Part shown: in pieces, positions 10,201 to 18,381 of the stretch
Layout: each line of letters opens with the position of its first letter
How positions within the stretch are numbered: position 1 is the first letter of the stretch
IMG/VR virus record: IMGVR_UViG_3300030376_004186
Coordinates: 1 to 54,998 of that record
Reading direction: 5' to 3' (one strand)
Length of the DNA: 54,998 nucleotides
From: a virus
Taxonomy: Duplodnaviria > Caudoviricetes
Program-made: the position numbers and the translations under genes
Notes under the pieces: model-generated
What the model was told of the DNA's origin: nothing
Seen by the model: the letters and a program-made list of their open reading frames with translations, nothing else
Databases searched by the model: none

Positions 10201-11278
10201 ATTCATTATCATCAAGCATTTGATGAGTAGCTTTTCCATTTGTAACATCATAGGTTACAACTTCATCTCCACAACTAATATTAAAACAACTACTTGGAGT
10301 TGTAGCTGTATCTATATCATTTTGCGCTACCTCGTAATAAATATTAGTAGAAGTGTTAGGACCAACACCAGGCACAGAAAATATAATTCCACCTTCAGGA
10401 CCTATATCGCCTATGTTGTAGCAAGGATTAGGAATAATAGTAGGATCACAGACGCTCCCTGCAACTGCTGTTGCTACCGAACTTAAAGATGCTACAGTAC
10501 CAGCGGCTGTATAAGAATAATCTCCACCTGGAAGCGTTCCGTTTGTTCCAGATATAGGTTGTAATAGTGTTCTCCATGCGAGTTCTTGTGCCGCGGTCGG
10601 TGGAGAGGTTCCAAAATGTGTACGAACAGCATATATATCTATATCATTCATCCACATCCATTGTGCTTGTGTCTCTGTAGATTGTGTTACACAACCTACG
10701 AACGCTGGAGGACCCTGGCAAGCGGCATCTGTTAGAAATATTACAACTCTTTTAAATCCTGATTGTCCAGCTCTATTACCTAAACTACAATTTGCTGTAT
10801 CTGTCACTGCTTTATCAAGATGTGTTTCAGCGGTAATAAGACCTGAAAGTAATTGAGTACTACCAGTCCCAAAAACAGCTTGAGCAACGACATCTAATTC
10901 AACGGGATCGTTACTTAACCATTTATTACTAGATGTTTGGTAAAGAAGAGAACTACCAGGATAAGGTCCAGTTGACCATCTACATATACCCATTTGGAGT
11001 TCACCAGCAATCATATGTGGTGTCCAATGTGTAATTAACGAGCTAATAAAATTATTTTGTGCTTGGGATAAAGGGCTATTCTGAGGATATTGTACACTAC
11101 CTGATACATCAACAGCTACAACTATATCAAACAAACAGTTACCTCCTCCACCACCTAAACGTGCCTTACTATTAATAAAAGCAGAACGTTTAGAATTTAA
11201 AACCTCTGGAATTATTGGTTTTGCTTCTAAAGCTTCTGCTTCTATTTTTTTTATTATTTCTTTTTCGTTATCCGCCAT
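7289..11278 (-). CDS. Large multidomain protein: vWA (MIDAS) domain, DUF1566/C-type-lectin-like domain, Cys/Pro-rich regions; probable virion adhesin
   Basis: 'DIVVAVDVSGS...VIFLTDA'; 'YNIGDIGPEGGIIF...DWFLPS...YWTSSQ...VRPIRRF'; C-terminal 'PPPSPPPSPGGGGSGGY'. Confidence 0.7.
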   Translation of the reverse strand: MADNEKEIIKKIEAEALEAKPIIPEVLNSKRSAFINSKARLGGGGGNCLFDIVVAVDVSGSVQYPQNSPLSQAQNNFISSLITHWTPHMIAGELQMGICRWSTGPYPGSSLLYQTSSNKWLSNDPVELDVVAQAVFGTGSTQLLSGLITAETHLDKAVTDTANCSLGNRAGQSGFKRVVIFLTDAACQGPPAFVGCVTQSTETQAQWMWMNDIDIYAVRTHFGTSPPTAAQELAWRTLLQPISGTNGTLPGGDYSYTAAGTVASLSSVATAVAGSVCDPTIIPNPCYNIGDIGPEGGIIFSVPGVGPNTSTNIYYEVAQNDIDTATTPSSCFNISCGDEVVTYDVTNGKATHQMLDDNEFTFYWNDTPNPPYPNVGSNPPPQVGDTLAAITPNLFADSLGNPISTTTILSITPSTHPSGHGAFTVKIVDQLTAALDQSGNNTLPFKFSLTTTVVSPCTSPTPISTTIQPNAISQGSNVININYGPSFSLVIGTVSVPWNQSFNFINYAGWEVSGLDDNGNQLFPPNTTITSTTYPTVNNVGPYFTAQMSLSSPSLGNLTPSAVSSITLTGTTGLTPFGLQGSEWGAYDIPHSGTPPTIQTSLDFGLGLDNTDIIHAFPGNPGTPTGGTHPWLNTHDIAATVCKNHGTTNDWFLPSVQEFKEMFTNVGPGSSAANQITFNPLTQKSEHLYWTSSQHIDNGTGLQDPDKYAYAYDTITNNPKLAYRCHPLSVRPIRRFECEVEPLDPCKDPMVPNTCSCVEYNYRDGFHTGIAGYSGMILTWSSNTSSLTNPLPNLRDKNGNPVSSANTLPASDSSIGGEYIGVMLPTKDVMGNVYSASDIQNNMDSGMTFTLYDVDYTFLGKWRYDTIESISTLPGTPSGSHPYQCQVILMVLKNVTHLEGNIPQLLYDDPNWGESLTHVFFKVEHEMINNSISGCNSFLWGNAQFPNPQGTPGTTPISIRTNEFAHACDSTWAPPTWVNSCITNLLVYQPSTAVQHANLSDCAPTCGAASVNHCFSICGVFAGGSWNTPSNAWFGGEPYGPMAMENNPIGVTSPPFGSNPPGIQDYTAFYDWLTSQFQNPLTIGDTFIFQTSGYNMQISYIDSNGNTITGVPCTIICFKYEGMQNYNIPINVINNNFPLPIVAAGYCCQTSGSSSSLIIPVENDSNSIKLEFEQRLLSKRQKFIELRKPKKTGPFGILGYYPLYDNIDDAIENSPNSSYHIHEFNEQEFYMPNGLEMGVTQFHGDWNNGEEIQIEKTFNYPITTEDNIENDILLSDPIPEIIETPDIPTVISPPIITEPEEEPEEEPETTYTPPPSPPPSPGGGGSGGY

Positions 11279-11291
11279 GATTGTATTTTAT

Positions 11292-13010
11292 TTAACTAAG
11301 ATCCCATTCCCACATACAGGTAACTAAATAGATATGATCACCTGTACTTGCGTCACTTTGTATAGATAATAATACTTGATCACCTGCGCTAATAACGTTA
11401 GTACCATCATCTAAACTAGAAGTAAAATCATATGTAGCCATAGAAGAAGCTGTACAACCATTACCAGATTGCGTACCAATTACCGATGGTGATCCAAAAG
11501 TAGAAGCACTTGAAGCCCTTGTTTCTAATCTCCACGTGAATTCTTTACCACTTAAATCGCTATTTGCCCTAAGGAACACTTTTAATAATTTACCAGCAAC
11601 AGGCGCGAGAAAAGGTAGATTTTTATTAGATGTATTAGTTTGTTCAGCGTCAGCTTCTTGTAACCCTATATAATGCTTAGTCGTATCAATATCATCTTTA
11701 AACATATGATGTGTTAATTGTCTTTGAGCAGAATAATGCATAGTATCAGCGTCTAAGTAAGCTGAAGCGATAGCTGTTCCTTGCCAAGTCCCAGTATCAA
11801 TAGTACCAACTCTAGTTATACTAGTATGACCAACTACCGGCGAGTATAAATCTCCAATCGCCGTTCCCCCCAAAGTTATAGCGTCAGCCTCCATAGTTCC
11901 ATCTACATCTATATCTCCAGCTAAATCAATGTTACCAGGTATTGTAACAACAGAGTTAGCTCCTAATCCAATAGTTGCGTCAACTTCAACAGCTTCACTT
12001 CCACCGGTTAACGACATCGCAGTTCTAGTAGAGCCATCGTGAGCTACAACGTGAAAGTTTATTTTACCTGACTCTTGACCACCAGTAGAAACATCAATTT
12101 TAGCTATAATTGCTGCATATGCTTGAGTGTTTTGAGCATTATCTTGACCTTTGAACCATATCTCACCTAGGTTTTGTCCACTAGCAACTGCGTCGTCATC
12201 TCTTAATTTTTCAAAAACTAATTGACCTGCTTGATCATCATCAGTAGTATTTAAAACTTTTATTAACGGACTATCAGCAGTTGCAGATGTAAAAGTCGTT
12301 GTAGCTGCAGAAAATGTTTTAGCGCCACTAAAAGTTTGCGTACCTGACAAATGAGCTGTATCAGAATCTAAATAAGCCGAAGCTATAGCTGTCCCTTGCC
12401 AAACTCCAGTTCCTATAGTTCCTACAGTTGTAATGTTAGCTTGAGTAAAATGTTCGTTATCAGCAAAATTTAATAAAGAATCATGATCTATTTCTCCTGG
12501 TATAGCTACCGCTGTTATTGTGGTGCCAGAATTAGTAATACCAATACCTTCATCTCCTAGTATACTAAAATCAGCGCTTCCACTATCGTCTTCAGCTTTA
12601 CTTCCACCTCCACTATCAGTTGTAATAGTAACACCTGTTATATCTCCCGTGTTAGTTGTGTATCCAAAAGACTCTATACGATCATTTATAGCTGCAGAAG
12701 TCATTAATGTTGTATCATTATCAGCAAAAGATTCACTACTAGTTGTTAGTGAACCACCTGCTATTTCTGATATGGTTAAACCACTAACATTAAGCGTTAC
12801 AGCTCCAGAGGTTCCACCGCCAGACAATCCAGTACCAGCGGTTACACCCGTTATATCACCATCGGTAACAGCAGCTTTTACTATTTTATTATTAGAGTCT
12901 AACCCTAAGTTACCTCCACTAGCTATAGTACCAGAAGATATGCTTTCTAAATAAACGTCGTTACGGAATCTAGATATATAATCCCATACATGTTGTCCTA
13001 TCCATTTCAT
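11292..13010 (-). CDS. Tail fibre / receptor-binding protein
   Basis: 572 aa, G/T/S/D-rich, fibre motifs 'GDITGV' x2, 'AGTGLSGGGTSGAVTLNV', 'WQGTAIASAYLD' x2. Confidence 0.7.
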   Translation of the reverse strand: MKWIGQHVWDYISRFRNDVYLESISSGTIASGGNLGLDSNNKIVKAAVTDGDITGVTAGTGLSGGGTSGAVTLNVSGLTISEIAGGSLTTSSESFADNDTTLMTSAAINDRIESFGYTTNTGDITGVTITTDSGGGSKAEDDSGSADFSILGDEGIGITNSGTTITAVAIPGEIDHDSLLNFADNEHFTQANITTVGTIGTGVWQGTAIASAYLDSDTAHLSGTQTFSGAKTFSAATTTFTSATADSPLIKVLNTTDDDQAGQLVFEKLRDDDAVASGQNLGEIWFKGQDNAQNTQAYAAIIAKIDVSTGGQESGKINFHVVAHDGSTRTAMSLTGGSEAVEVDATIGLGANSVVTIPGNIDLAGDIDVDGTMEADAITLGGTAIGDLYSPVVGHTSITRVGTIDTGTWQGTAIASAYLDADTMHYSAQRQLTHHMFKDDIDTTKHYIGLQEADAEQTNTSNKNLPFLAPVAGKLLKVFLRANSDLSGKEFTWRLETRASSASTFGSPSVIGTQSGNGCTASSMATYDFTSSLDDGTNVISAGDQVLLSIQSDASTGDHIYLVTCMWEWDLS

Positions 13011-13333
13011 TACCTTTTAATTAATACAGTTATTAAATCAGATGTAGAACCCATTGTTAAATTTAAAGAGTAACCAGAAAAACTATTATCAAACTTAAGC
13101 ATATCATTATCTAATAATAAAGAAGCTCCTACAGGTAAAGAAGTACTATATAAAAAATAATACTTAGTACCTGTAGAAGAATCTTGAATATATAAACTCG
13201 CTGTAATGGCAGCGCTATCAATGTTAGTTAATAATATTGATTTTAAGTTATTAATATTTTCTCCAGCAGCTATTAATTCTACATTAATACCATCAGTAGC
13301 TGTGTTAATATTATGATATGCTGTAAAAGCCAT
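13010..13333 (-). CDS. Small beta-rich structural protein (probably tail-associated)
   Basis: 107-aa ORF coupled to the fibre gene by a TAATG overlap. Confidence 0.6.
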   Translation of the reverse strand: MAFTAYHNINTATDGINVELIAAGENINNLKSILLTNIDSAAITASLYIQDSSTGTKYYFLYSTSLPVGASLLLDNDMLKFDNSFSGYSLNLTMGSTSDLITVLIKR

Positions 13334-13334
13334 T

Positions 13335-13769
13335 TTACTCGAAGAACATAACGTATTCTAACACCACCGCGTCGTTTGTAGATGGCGCAACTACTACGTC
13401 TTTATCGTCAACTACTGTAAGTGGCATTAATAACCAATCACCACCGTAAAGTCTCCCAACTTCTTGTGGTGTACCACCAGTATCACCTATAGAAACAGTA
13501 ACATAAGTAGATTTGTCAATATTACCCTTACCATCTCCTACGTTGCTAATATATACTTTTGCCGCGGTATTATCGCTTGGTTCTACTAATTCATTAGCCA
13601 TAGTTATTAAATCTACAGCTGTAGTTGCCGCTAGTTTTCTTCTTGAAAAACCAGTAGTTTCTTCTATATCTGTTAACGCACCTGCTTTAGTCATAGTCAT
13701 TGACTTGCTAATACCTCCAAATCCAGGTGCTACATCTGAAGATATTGTTATTGCTGCTGTTGTTGCCAT
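13335..13769 (-). CDS. MATT-family small beta protein, paralogue 3
   Basis: MATTAA start; 'KVYISN', 'VGRLYGGDW', 'LEYVMF' shared with neighbours. Confidence 0.75.
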   Translation of the reverse strand: MATTAAITISSDVAPGFGGISKSMTMTKAGALTDIEETTGFSRRKLAATTAVDLITMANELVEPSDNTAAKVYISNVGDGKGNIDKSTYVTVSIGDTGGTPQEVGRLYGGDWLLMPLTVVDDKDVVVAPSTNDAVVLEYVMFFE

Positions 13770-13794
13770 ATTTTGTTTGTTTTAAAGTTTATTA

Positions 13795-14235
13795 TTAAGA
13801 AGCATTTAAAGATCTACCTTGATGAAACAAAGCGTATTCTATTTTGTTAGTACCTGTGCTAGATGTTATTTCTATATCTGCGTTAGCATCTTCTGCTCCC
13901 CAGGGTATAAACATCCAATCACCTCCATACAACCTACCGACATTTTGCGCGTCAATCATAATTGTTACGTAATACGTTTCGTCTGTTGCGTGATTAGCTA
14001 TATAAACTTTATTTGCTTTATTTGCCATTACTCCCGCTATAGGAGAGCTACTTGGATTATCTGCATCTAAAAGATCAAATTGATCTCCAGTTACTATATC
14101 AATAACCCCATAATCCATCATGTCTAAACCGTCAGCAGTAGTACCCGCTTTCATGCACGTTGTAGACGCGCTTACGGACATATTGTCTGACAGTAGATCA
14201 CTAGTTAGCGTTACCGCTGCTGTTGTTGTTGCCAT
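13795..14235 (-). CDS. MATT-family small beta protein, paralogue 2
   Basis: MATTTAA start; 'KVYIAN', 'VGRLYGGDW', 'IEYALF'. Confidence 0.75.
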   Translation of the reverse strand: MATTTAAVTLTSDLLSDNMSVSASTTCMKAGTTADGLDMMDYGVIDIVTGDQFDLLDADNPSSSPIAGVMANKANKVYIANHATDETYYVTIMIDAQNVGRLYGGDWMFIPWGAEDANADIEITSSTGTNKIEYALFHQGRSLNAS

Positions 14236-14267
14236 AATTTTTATTTATTTATTTAGTTGTTAATTTT

Positions 14268-14687
14268 TTATTGATCTTGTCCCATTACCATAAATTCTAT
14301 AGAGGTAGGGTTGCTTGTACAGTAAGCTTTGTATGTTTTATCTCCGTGCATAGGTATAAATCCCCAGTCACCAGCGTCTAACTGAAACTGAATAGGATCA
14401 CCACTTGTAGTATCATCATATATATATATTCTATTACCCGCTGTAGTTTCTAAATTTTTAACGTACAAGTATGGAATAGCAGCAAAGTCATCTGCTGTAT
14501 ATAACGTTACTTGTCCACTAGCTGTACCTTTTGCTGTAGAAGTTATTTTCACTCTAGCCAAACCAGTTGTATCTTCTATACCTGTTGATGTCGTTGTTTT
14601 TGTAAGTGTAGTTGTTGTAGATAAAGACAGTTCGTCAGTTAAAAGATCTGTACTATTTATTGTTACTGATGCTGTTGTTGTTGCCAT
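14268..14687 (-). CDS. MATT-family small beta protein, paralogue 1
   Basis: MATTTAS start; 'YLYVKN', 'LDAGDWGFIP', 'IEFMVM'. Confidence 0.75.
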   Translation of the reverse strand: MATTTASVTINSTDLLTDELSLSTTTTLTKTTTSTGIEDTTGLARVKITSTAKGTASGQVTLYTADDFAAIPYLYVKNLETTAGNRIYIYDDTTSGDPIQFQLDAGDWGFIPMHGDKTYKAYCTSNPTSIEFMVMGQDQ

Positions 14688-14693
14688 ATTCTT

Positions 14694-15305
14694 TTATTTT
14701 ATATTTTTACTTTCTATTAATGTATATGAAAATGAATTACCCCAATGCTCTCTAGCTTCCTGACATATTCCTAAAAACTCCATCCAATCGTCATTAGAAG
14801 CTATTACTTGACAACCAGCACTCCATTTATTTACGTACGTAGAAGTCTTACCTTCTAACGCTGTTGCTCTATGAATATTTATTCCAAATACACCTGTATC
14901 ACAAGTTGATTCGTCAAATTCATATTGATCATTTCTATTATTATCTCTATAAACTGTTACATCTTTCTTTTGTCCTAGAGCTAAATATCTACCACTATGT
15001 AATCTTAATTTATGAGATCCTCTATATTGGCCAGGTTTTAATACTGCACATCCTTTTTCTTCTATCCAAGGATTTTCCATCCAATCATCTCCTGGGTCTG
15101 TGGTACAAACGTACTCATAGTATTGCCAATCTCCGTTTTCATCTTTAAATGATATAGTTATTATATCATCAAATTTATTTGTAACCTTACCATTAGTATC
15201 AGAGTTTCTAATACCAATAATATTTACATCATAATTATCTCCTGTGAAGTATTTATAACCTAAACTTTCTACGGTATCTTTTATTTGTTCTCTTGTGTAT
15301 TTCAT
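14694..15305 (-). CDS. YkuD/L,D-transpeptidase-fold peptidoglycan enzyme (putative endolysin)
   Basis: 'GINIHRA...WSAGCQV' H...SxGC catalytic motif. Confidence 0.65.
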   Translation of the reverse strand: MKYTREQIKDTVESLGYKYFTGDNYDVNIIGIRNSDTNGKVTNKFDDIITISFKDENGDWQYYEYVCTTDPGDDWMENPWIEEKGCAVLKPGQYRGSHKLRLHSGRYLALGQKKDVTVYRDNNRNDQYEFDESTCDTGVFGINIHRATALEGKTSTYVNKWSAGCQVIASNDDWMEFLGICQEAREHWGNSFSYTLIESKNIK

Positions 15306-15478
15306 TATATTTCAAATCCTAAGTTTAATACCATTAATCTAAATTTTTTAGAGCTACATCCTGCCTCGCAAAATAAACAAGCTTTAATTTCTAAAACTGT
15401 AAATGTACCTAATCTAAATGTTATTTCATATTTTTGCTTTTTGTTTCCGGCAGCATAACCGTTTATCCAATTTATCAT
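15305..15478 (-). CDS. Small hypothetical protein (57 aa)
   Basis: ATG at 15478 just after upstream stop; TAATG coupling to the lysin gene. Confidence 0.6.
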   Translation of the reverse strand: MINWINGYAAGNKKQKYEITFRLGTFTVLEIKACLFCEAGCSSKKFRLMVLNLGFEI

Positions 15479-15482
15479 AATT

Positions 15483-15851
15483 TTATCTTTTACCGCCATG
15501 ATATTCTGTGGCATGACCTTCGTTAATTAATATTTTGTTTAAACTTTCTAAAGTTAATCTCTCTTGTCCATCTACTACGTCTAACATAATTTCACCTAAA
15601 CACCTTCCAAATTTACCTACACCATGAGAATGCAACTGTATATTATCACAACCTTCTAATAGTTGTTTGACTCTATCTTTAGCAGCTAAACCCTTAGCTT
15701 TTTCTTCTAAGTCTCTAGTTCTAGATTCTGGAGCGTTAATCCCCATAAACCTAACTCTTTTTTTTACTTTGATATCAAAACCTAAATCTATTTCGGCGTC
15801 AATAGTATCTCCATCAACCACTTTTAATAGAGAGATTTTATAAGTATACAT
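15483..15851 (-). CDS. Staphylococcal nuclease (thermonuclease)-like protein
   Basis: 'KVVDGDTID', 'RVRFMGINAPE', 'GKFGRCLG'. Confidence 0.85.
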   Translation of the reverse strand: MYTYKISLLKVVDGDTIDAEIDLGFDIKVKKRVRFMGINAPESRTRDLEEKAKGLAAKDRVKQLLEGCDNIQLHSHGVGKFGRCLGEIMLDVVDGQERLTLESLNKILINEGHATEYHGGKR

Positions 15852-15854
15852 AAT

Positions 15855-16061
15855 TTATTTTTTAGGTACGCAATTAGGAACTGTTCTACCACCTTTCTTT
15901 TTGTATCCTTTTTGCGTGTAATTTTTCCAACATCTAAACGGTGTTCTCATTTTAAAAGGACCGTGGCCCCAATTGTCTGCTTCTAAAACGTCGTGTGCTT
16001 TTTTGTTTAGTGTTTTAACTCGGGCTTTACCTTTACCCATTATGTGATCTTTATATGCCAT
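15855..16061 (-). CDS. Small basic protein with CW..Y...G.KKKGGR.VPNCVP motif
   Basis: Likely start ATG 16061 (MAYKD...) avoids overlap with the upstream gene; 68 aa, Lys-rich. Confidence 0.65.
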   Translation of the reverse strand: MAYKDHIMGKGKARVKTLNKKAHDVLEADNWGHGPFKMRTPFRCWKNYTQKGYKKKGGRTVPNCVPKK

Positions 16062-16071
16062 AGTTATTATT

Positions 16072-16443
16072 TTAACATTTCCAACGTCTACGCGCTGCTT
16101 TACCTCTTTCTCCAGTCCAACCTTTGGATCTAGCACAAAACGATTTTCTTCTTTTTGCATCCTTACTACCTGGTTTAACTTTTCCTGTAACAGCTGTTTT
16201 AAGTTTACTACCAGGGTTTTTACGTCTATATTCTTTGACTCCCTTAGAAGTCATCCCAGCACCCTCCTCTACCGTTCTAAAGTTTCTTCCCTTACCCTTT
16301 GTTGTTTTTCTAGGTTCGTTACTATGTAAAGGTGAACCTGGGTTTCTACGTCTACCACAACTAGTTACAGGGAAGGGATTACCGCTTTGAACGTATCCTT
16401 CTGTTTTTTTAAACATACTGTTTTGTCTATGTGATCCAGGCAT
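16072..16443 (-). CDS. Small highly basic protein (DUF6321-like), possibly a DNA-binding core protein
   Basis: 'GMTSKGVKEYRRKNPGSKLKTAVT...RRKSFCARSKGW...RRRWKC'. Confidence 0.65.
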   Translation of the reverse strand: MPGSHRQNSMFKKTEGYVQSGNPFPVTSCGRRRNPGSPLHSNEPRKTTKGKGRNFRTVEEGAGMTSKGVKEYRRKNPGSKLKTAVTGKVKPGSKDAKRRKSFCARSKGWTGERGKAARRRWKC

Positions 16444-16444
16444 A

Positions 16445-17563
16445 TTATCTTATTATATAGTTAACACCAAATTTGAAATCATACCACTCTCTATTCCAAT
16501 ACTTATTATATTTTCCTTCTGCAAATATACCTAATTGTTTATCTAGTTTTCTACCAAATATAACTCCACCTGAATAATCATACCATTGTTCGTTGTTATT
16601 ATACTTGTGGTACGAAAACTCTCCACCATCATTGTAATGATATGGTAATAAATTACCCCAAGCGTGTAGCCAATAGTTTTTACTATATTTATAATAATCA
16701 AAACCCATAACAATAGAATGTTGTATAACTCTACTTAATTCATTTCTTTTTCTAGTAGTATAATCGGCTAGTACTTGTGGTATAACAACTTCTTTCCATA
16801 CGTCAACACTATTAGCAACGGTAGTTCCGCTTGGATCTTTATACTCACTGTTCGCGACATCTATAGTGTAACCTTCCTGTATTGCTAAGTAAGTGTAATG
16901 TAAGTTACCATTATCCAAGATCCATTCTTCTAGCGGATCATAACCGTATGGTTCTGCTAATCGATGTACAGCTCCTATACTAAACGCTAGGTCTCTGTCT
17001 TTCTTGAATCTGTACCTTTCTGATAATTCAAAATATTCTATATCAGCAAAACCATCCTTTAAATATTCTACCTTGGCAGCAAAGTGATCTACGCAAAGAG
17101 GACCATCACAATCATCATCAGAACTATATCTAATAAAGTGATGTTGATCCACGTAGTTTAACCCTTGTTGTCTAGCATAATCTATTTCAAATAAATATTC
17201 AAATCCTTGTATTTTACCTACAGTCGCAGCATCCGTATAATTAGACTCTGTACCATCGTAAAATGTTTGAGCTTTATTTTCGTGACCAAACCTAGCTATT
17301 TTTCTAATACCTATAGTAACAGAATAATCGTAGGGAGTTTCTATTGTCGATGTTTGTAATCCATCTATAATTGAAAATTGTTTTATATCTGAAACTGAAG
17401 TTCCACCGTTGACCGCTCCGTATACAGTGGAAAACTTTAATTGATTTTTTAAAATATCTTGAATATTGTAATCATAACCCTTGTAACTTATTTGTCCACA
17501 ACATTTTTTCGTGGTAGCGCAAGAAGTTATAATGATTAATATTAATATTAATAGCTTTCTCAT
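16445..17563 (-). CDS. Exported protein, probable outer-membrane beta-barrel with lipoprotein-like signal
   Basis: 'MRKLLILILIIITSC' signal/lipobox; aromatic-rich alternating strands; C-terminal 'YDFKFGVNYIIR'. Confidence 0.6.
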   Translation of the reverse strand: MRKLLILILIIITSCATTKKCCGQISYKGYDYNIQDILKNQLKFSTVYGAVNGGTSVSDIKQFSIIDGLQTSTIETPYDYSVTIGIRKIARFGHENKAQTFYDGTESNYTDAATVGKIQGFEYLFEIDYARQQGLNYVDQHHFIRYSSDDDCDGPLCVDHFAAKVEYLKDGFADIEYFELSERYRFKKDRDLAFSIGAVHRLAEPYGYDPLEEWILDNGNLHYTYLAIQEGYTIDVANSEYKDPSGTTVANSVDVWKEVVIPQVLADYTTRKRNELSRVIQHSIVMGFDYYKYSKNYWLHAWGNLLPYHYNDGGEFSYHKYNNNEQWYDYSGGVIFGRKLDKQLGIFAEGKYNKYWNREWYDFKFGVNYIIR

Positions 17564-18381
17564 TTTGTTAATTTCTTTTCTACCGTTCCGTCGTTATATA
17601 TAAAGAACAATATTTTATTATTACCTGGTTTTGCTGGTCTACCTAGTATATCGGTTACCATTAATAATTTTTTGTCTAATCTTTTTGGTAGTGGCCCTAC
17701 CCAAGTTCCTTCACAGTGATTATAAGTAGCTTGACATACTGTATCCCAATCGTTCTTACAACAATATTCGTCTACTAATATAACCCACTCGTAACAAGGG
17801 TCGTTGAGCCAGTAAGGATTACCTGGACCAGTGACACAAGCAGCGCTATATAAGCAAGAAGCAGAATCATTGACATTAGCTGTAACATCGTAGTTGTACG
17901 CAGACTGATCCATACATCCTTCAACAATAGCCACGCACGAATTGTTATCAGTATTAGCTGTTGAATCATAGTTAAGAGCAGTACTGTCGGTACAACCATA
18001 AACATAACTAATACAACTAAAATCTTCCGTATTTGCTTCGGGATTGTAGTTGAGCATAGAAGGATCAGTACAACCGTAAACATAAGGAACGCAAGAATTG
18101 TTATCAACATTAGCTAAAGAATTATAATTAAACATAGAACTATCTGTACAACCATATATAGGAAGTATACAACTAAAATCATCTGTATTACAGCTATCAC
18201 AGTAGTTTAACGCTGTAGGATCTGTGCAACCATAAATAAACGGAACGCAAGATTCGTTATCTGTATTTGCTAGTGGATTATAATTAAACATTATAGAATC
18301 AGTACATCCATAAACAAATGCTATACACGACCCGTTATCTGTGTTTGCGTTTGGATTATAATTAAACATTGTTGGATCCAT
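17560..18381 (-). CDS. C-terminal part of a frameshifted Cys-repeat surface protein, ending in a T9SS-like sorting domain
   Basis: GCxDxxxxNYxxxANxDxxSC repeats continue upstream in this frame to about 18444; C-terminus 'KLLMVTDILGR...LFFIYNDGTVEKK'. Confidence 0.7.
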   Translation of the reverse strand: MDPTMFNYNPNANTDNGSCIAFVYGCTDSIMFNYNPLANTDNESCVPFIYGCTDPTALNYCDSCNTDDFSCILPIYGCTDSSMFNYNSLANVDNNSCVPYVYGCTDPSMLNYNPEANTEDFSCISYVYGCTDSTALNYDSTANTDNNSCVAIVEGCMDQSAYNYDVTANVNDSASCLYSAACVTGPGNPYWLNDPCYEWVILVDEYCCKNDWDTVCQATYNHCEGTWVGPLPKRLDKKLLMVTDILGRPAKPGNNKILFFIYNDGTVEKKLTK

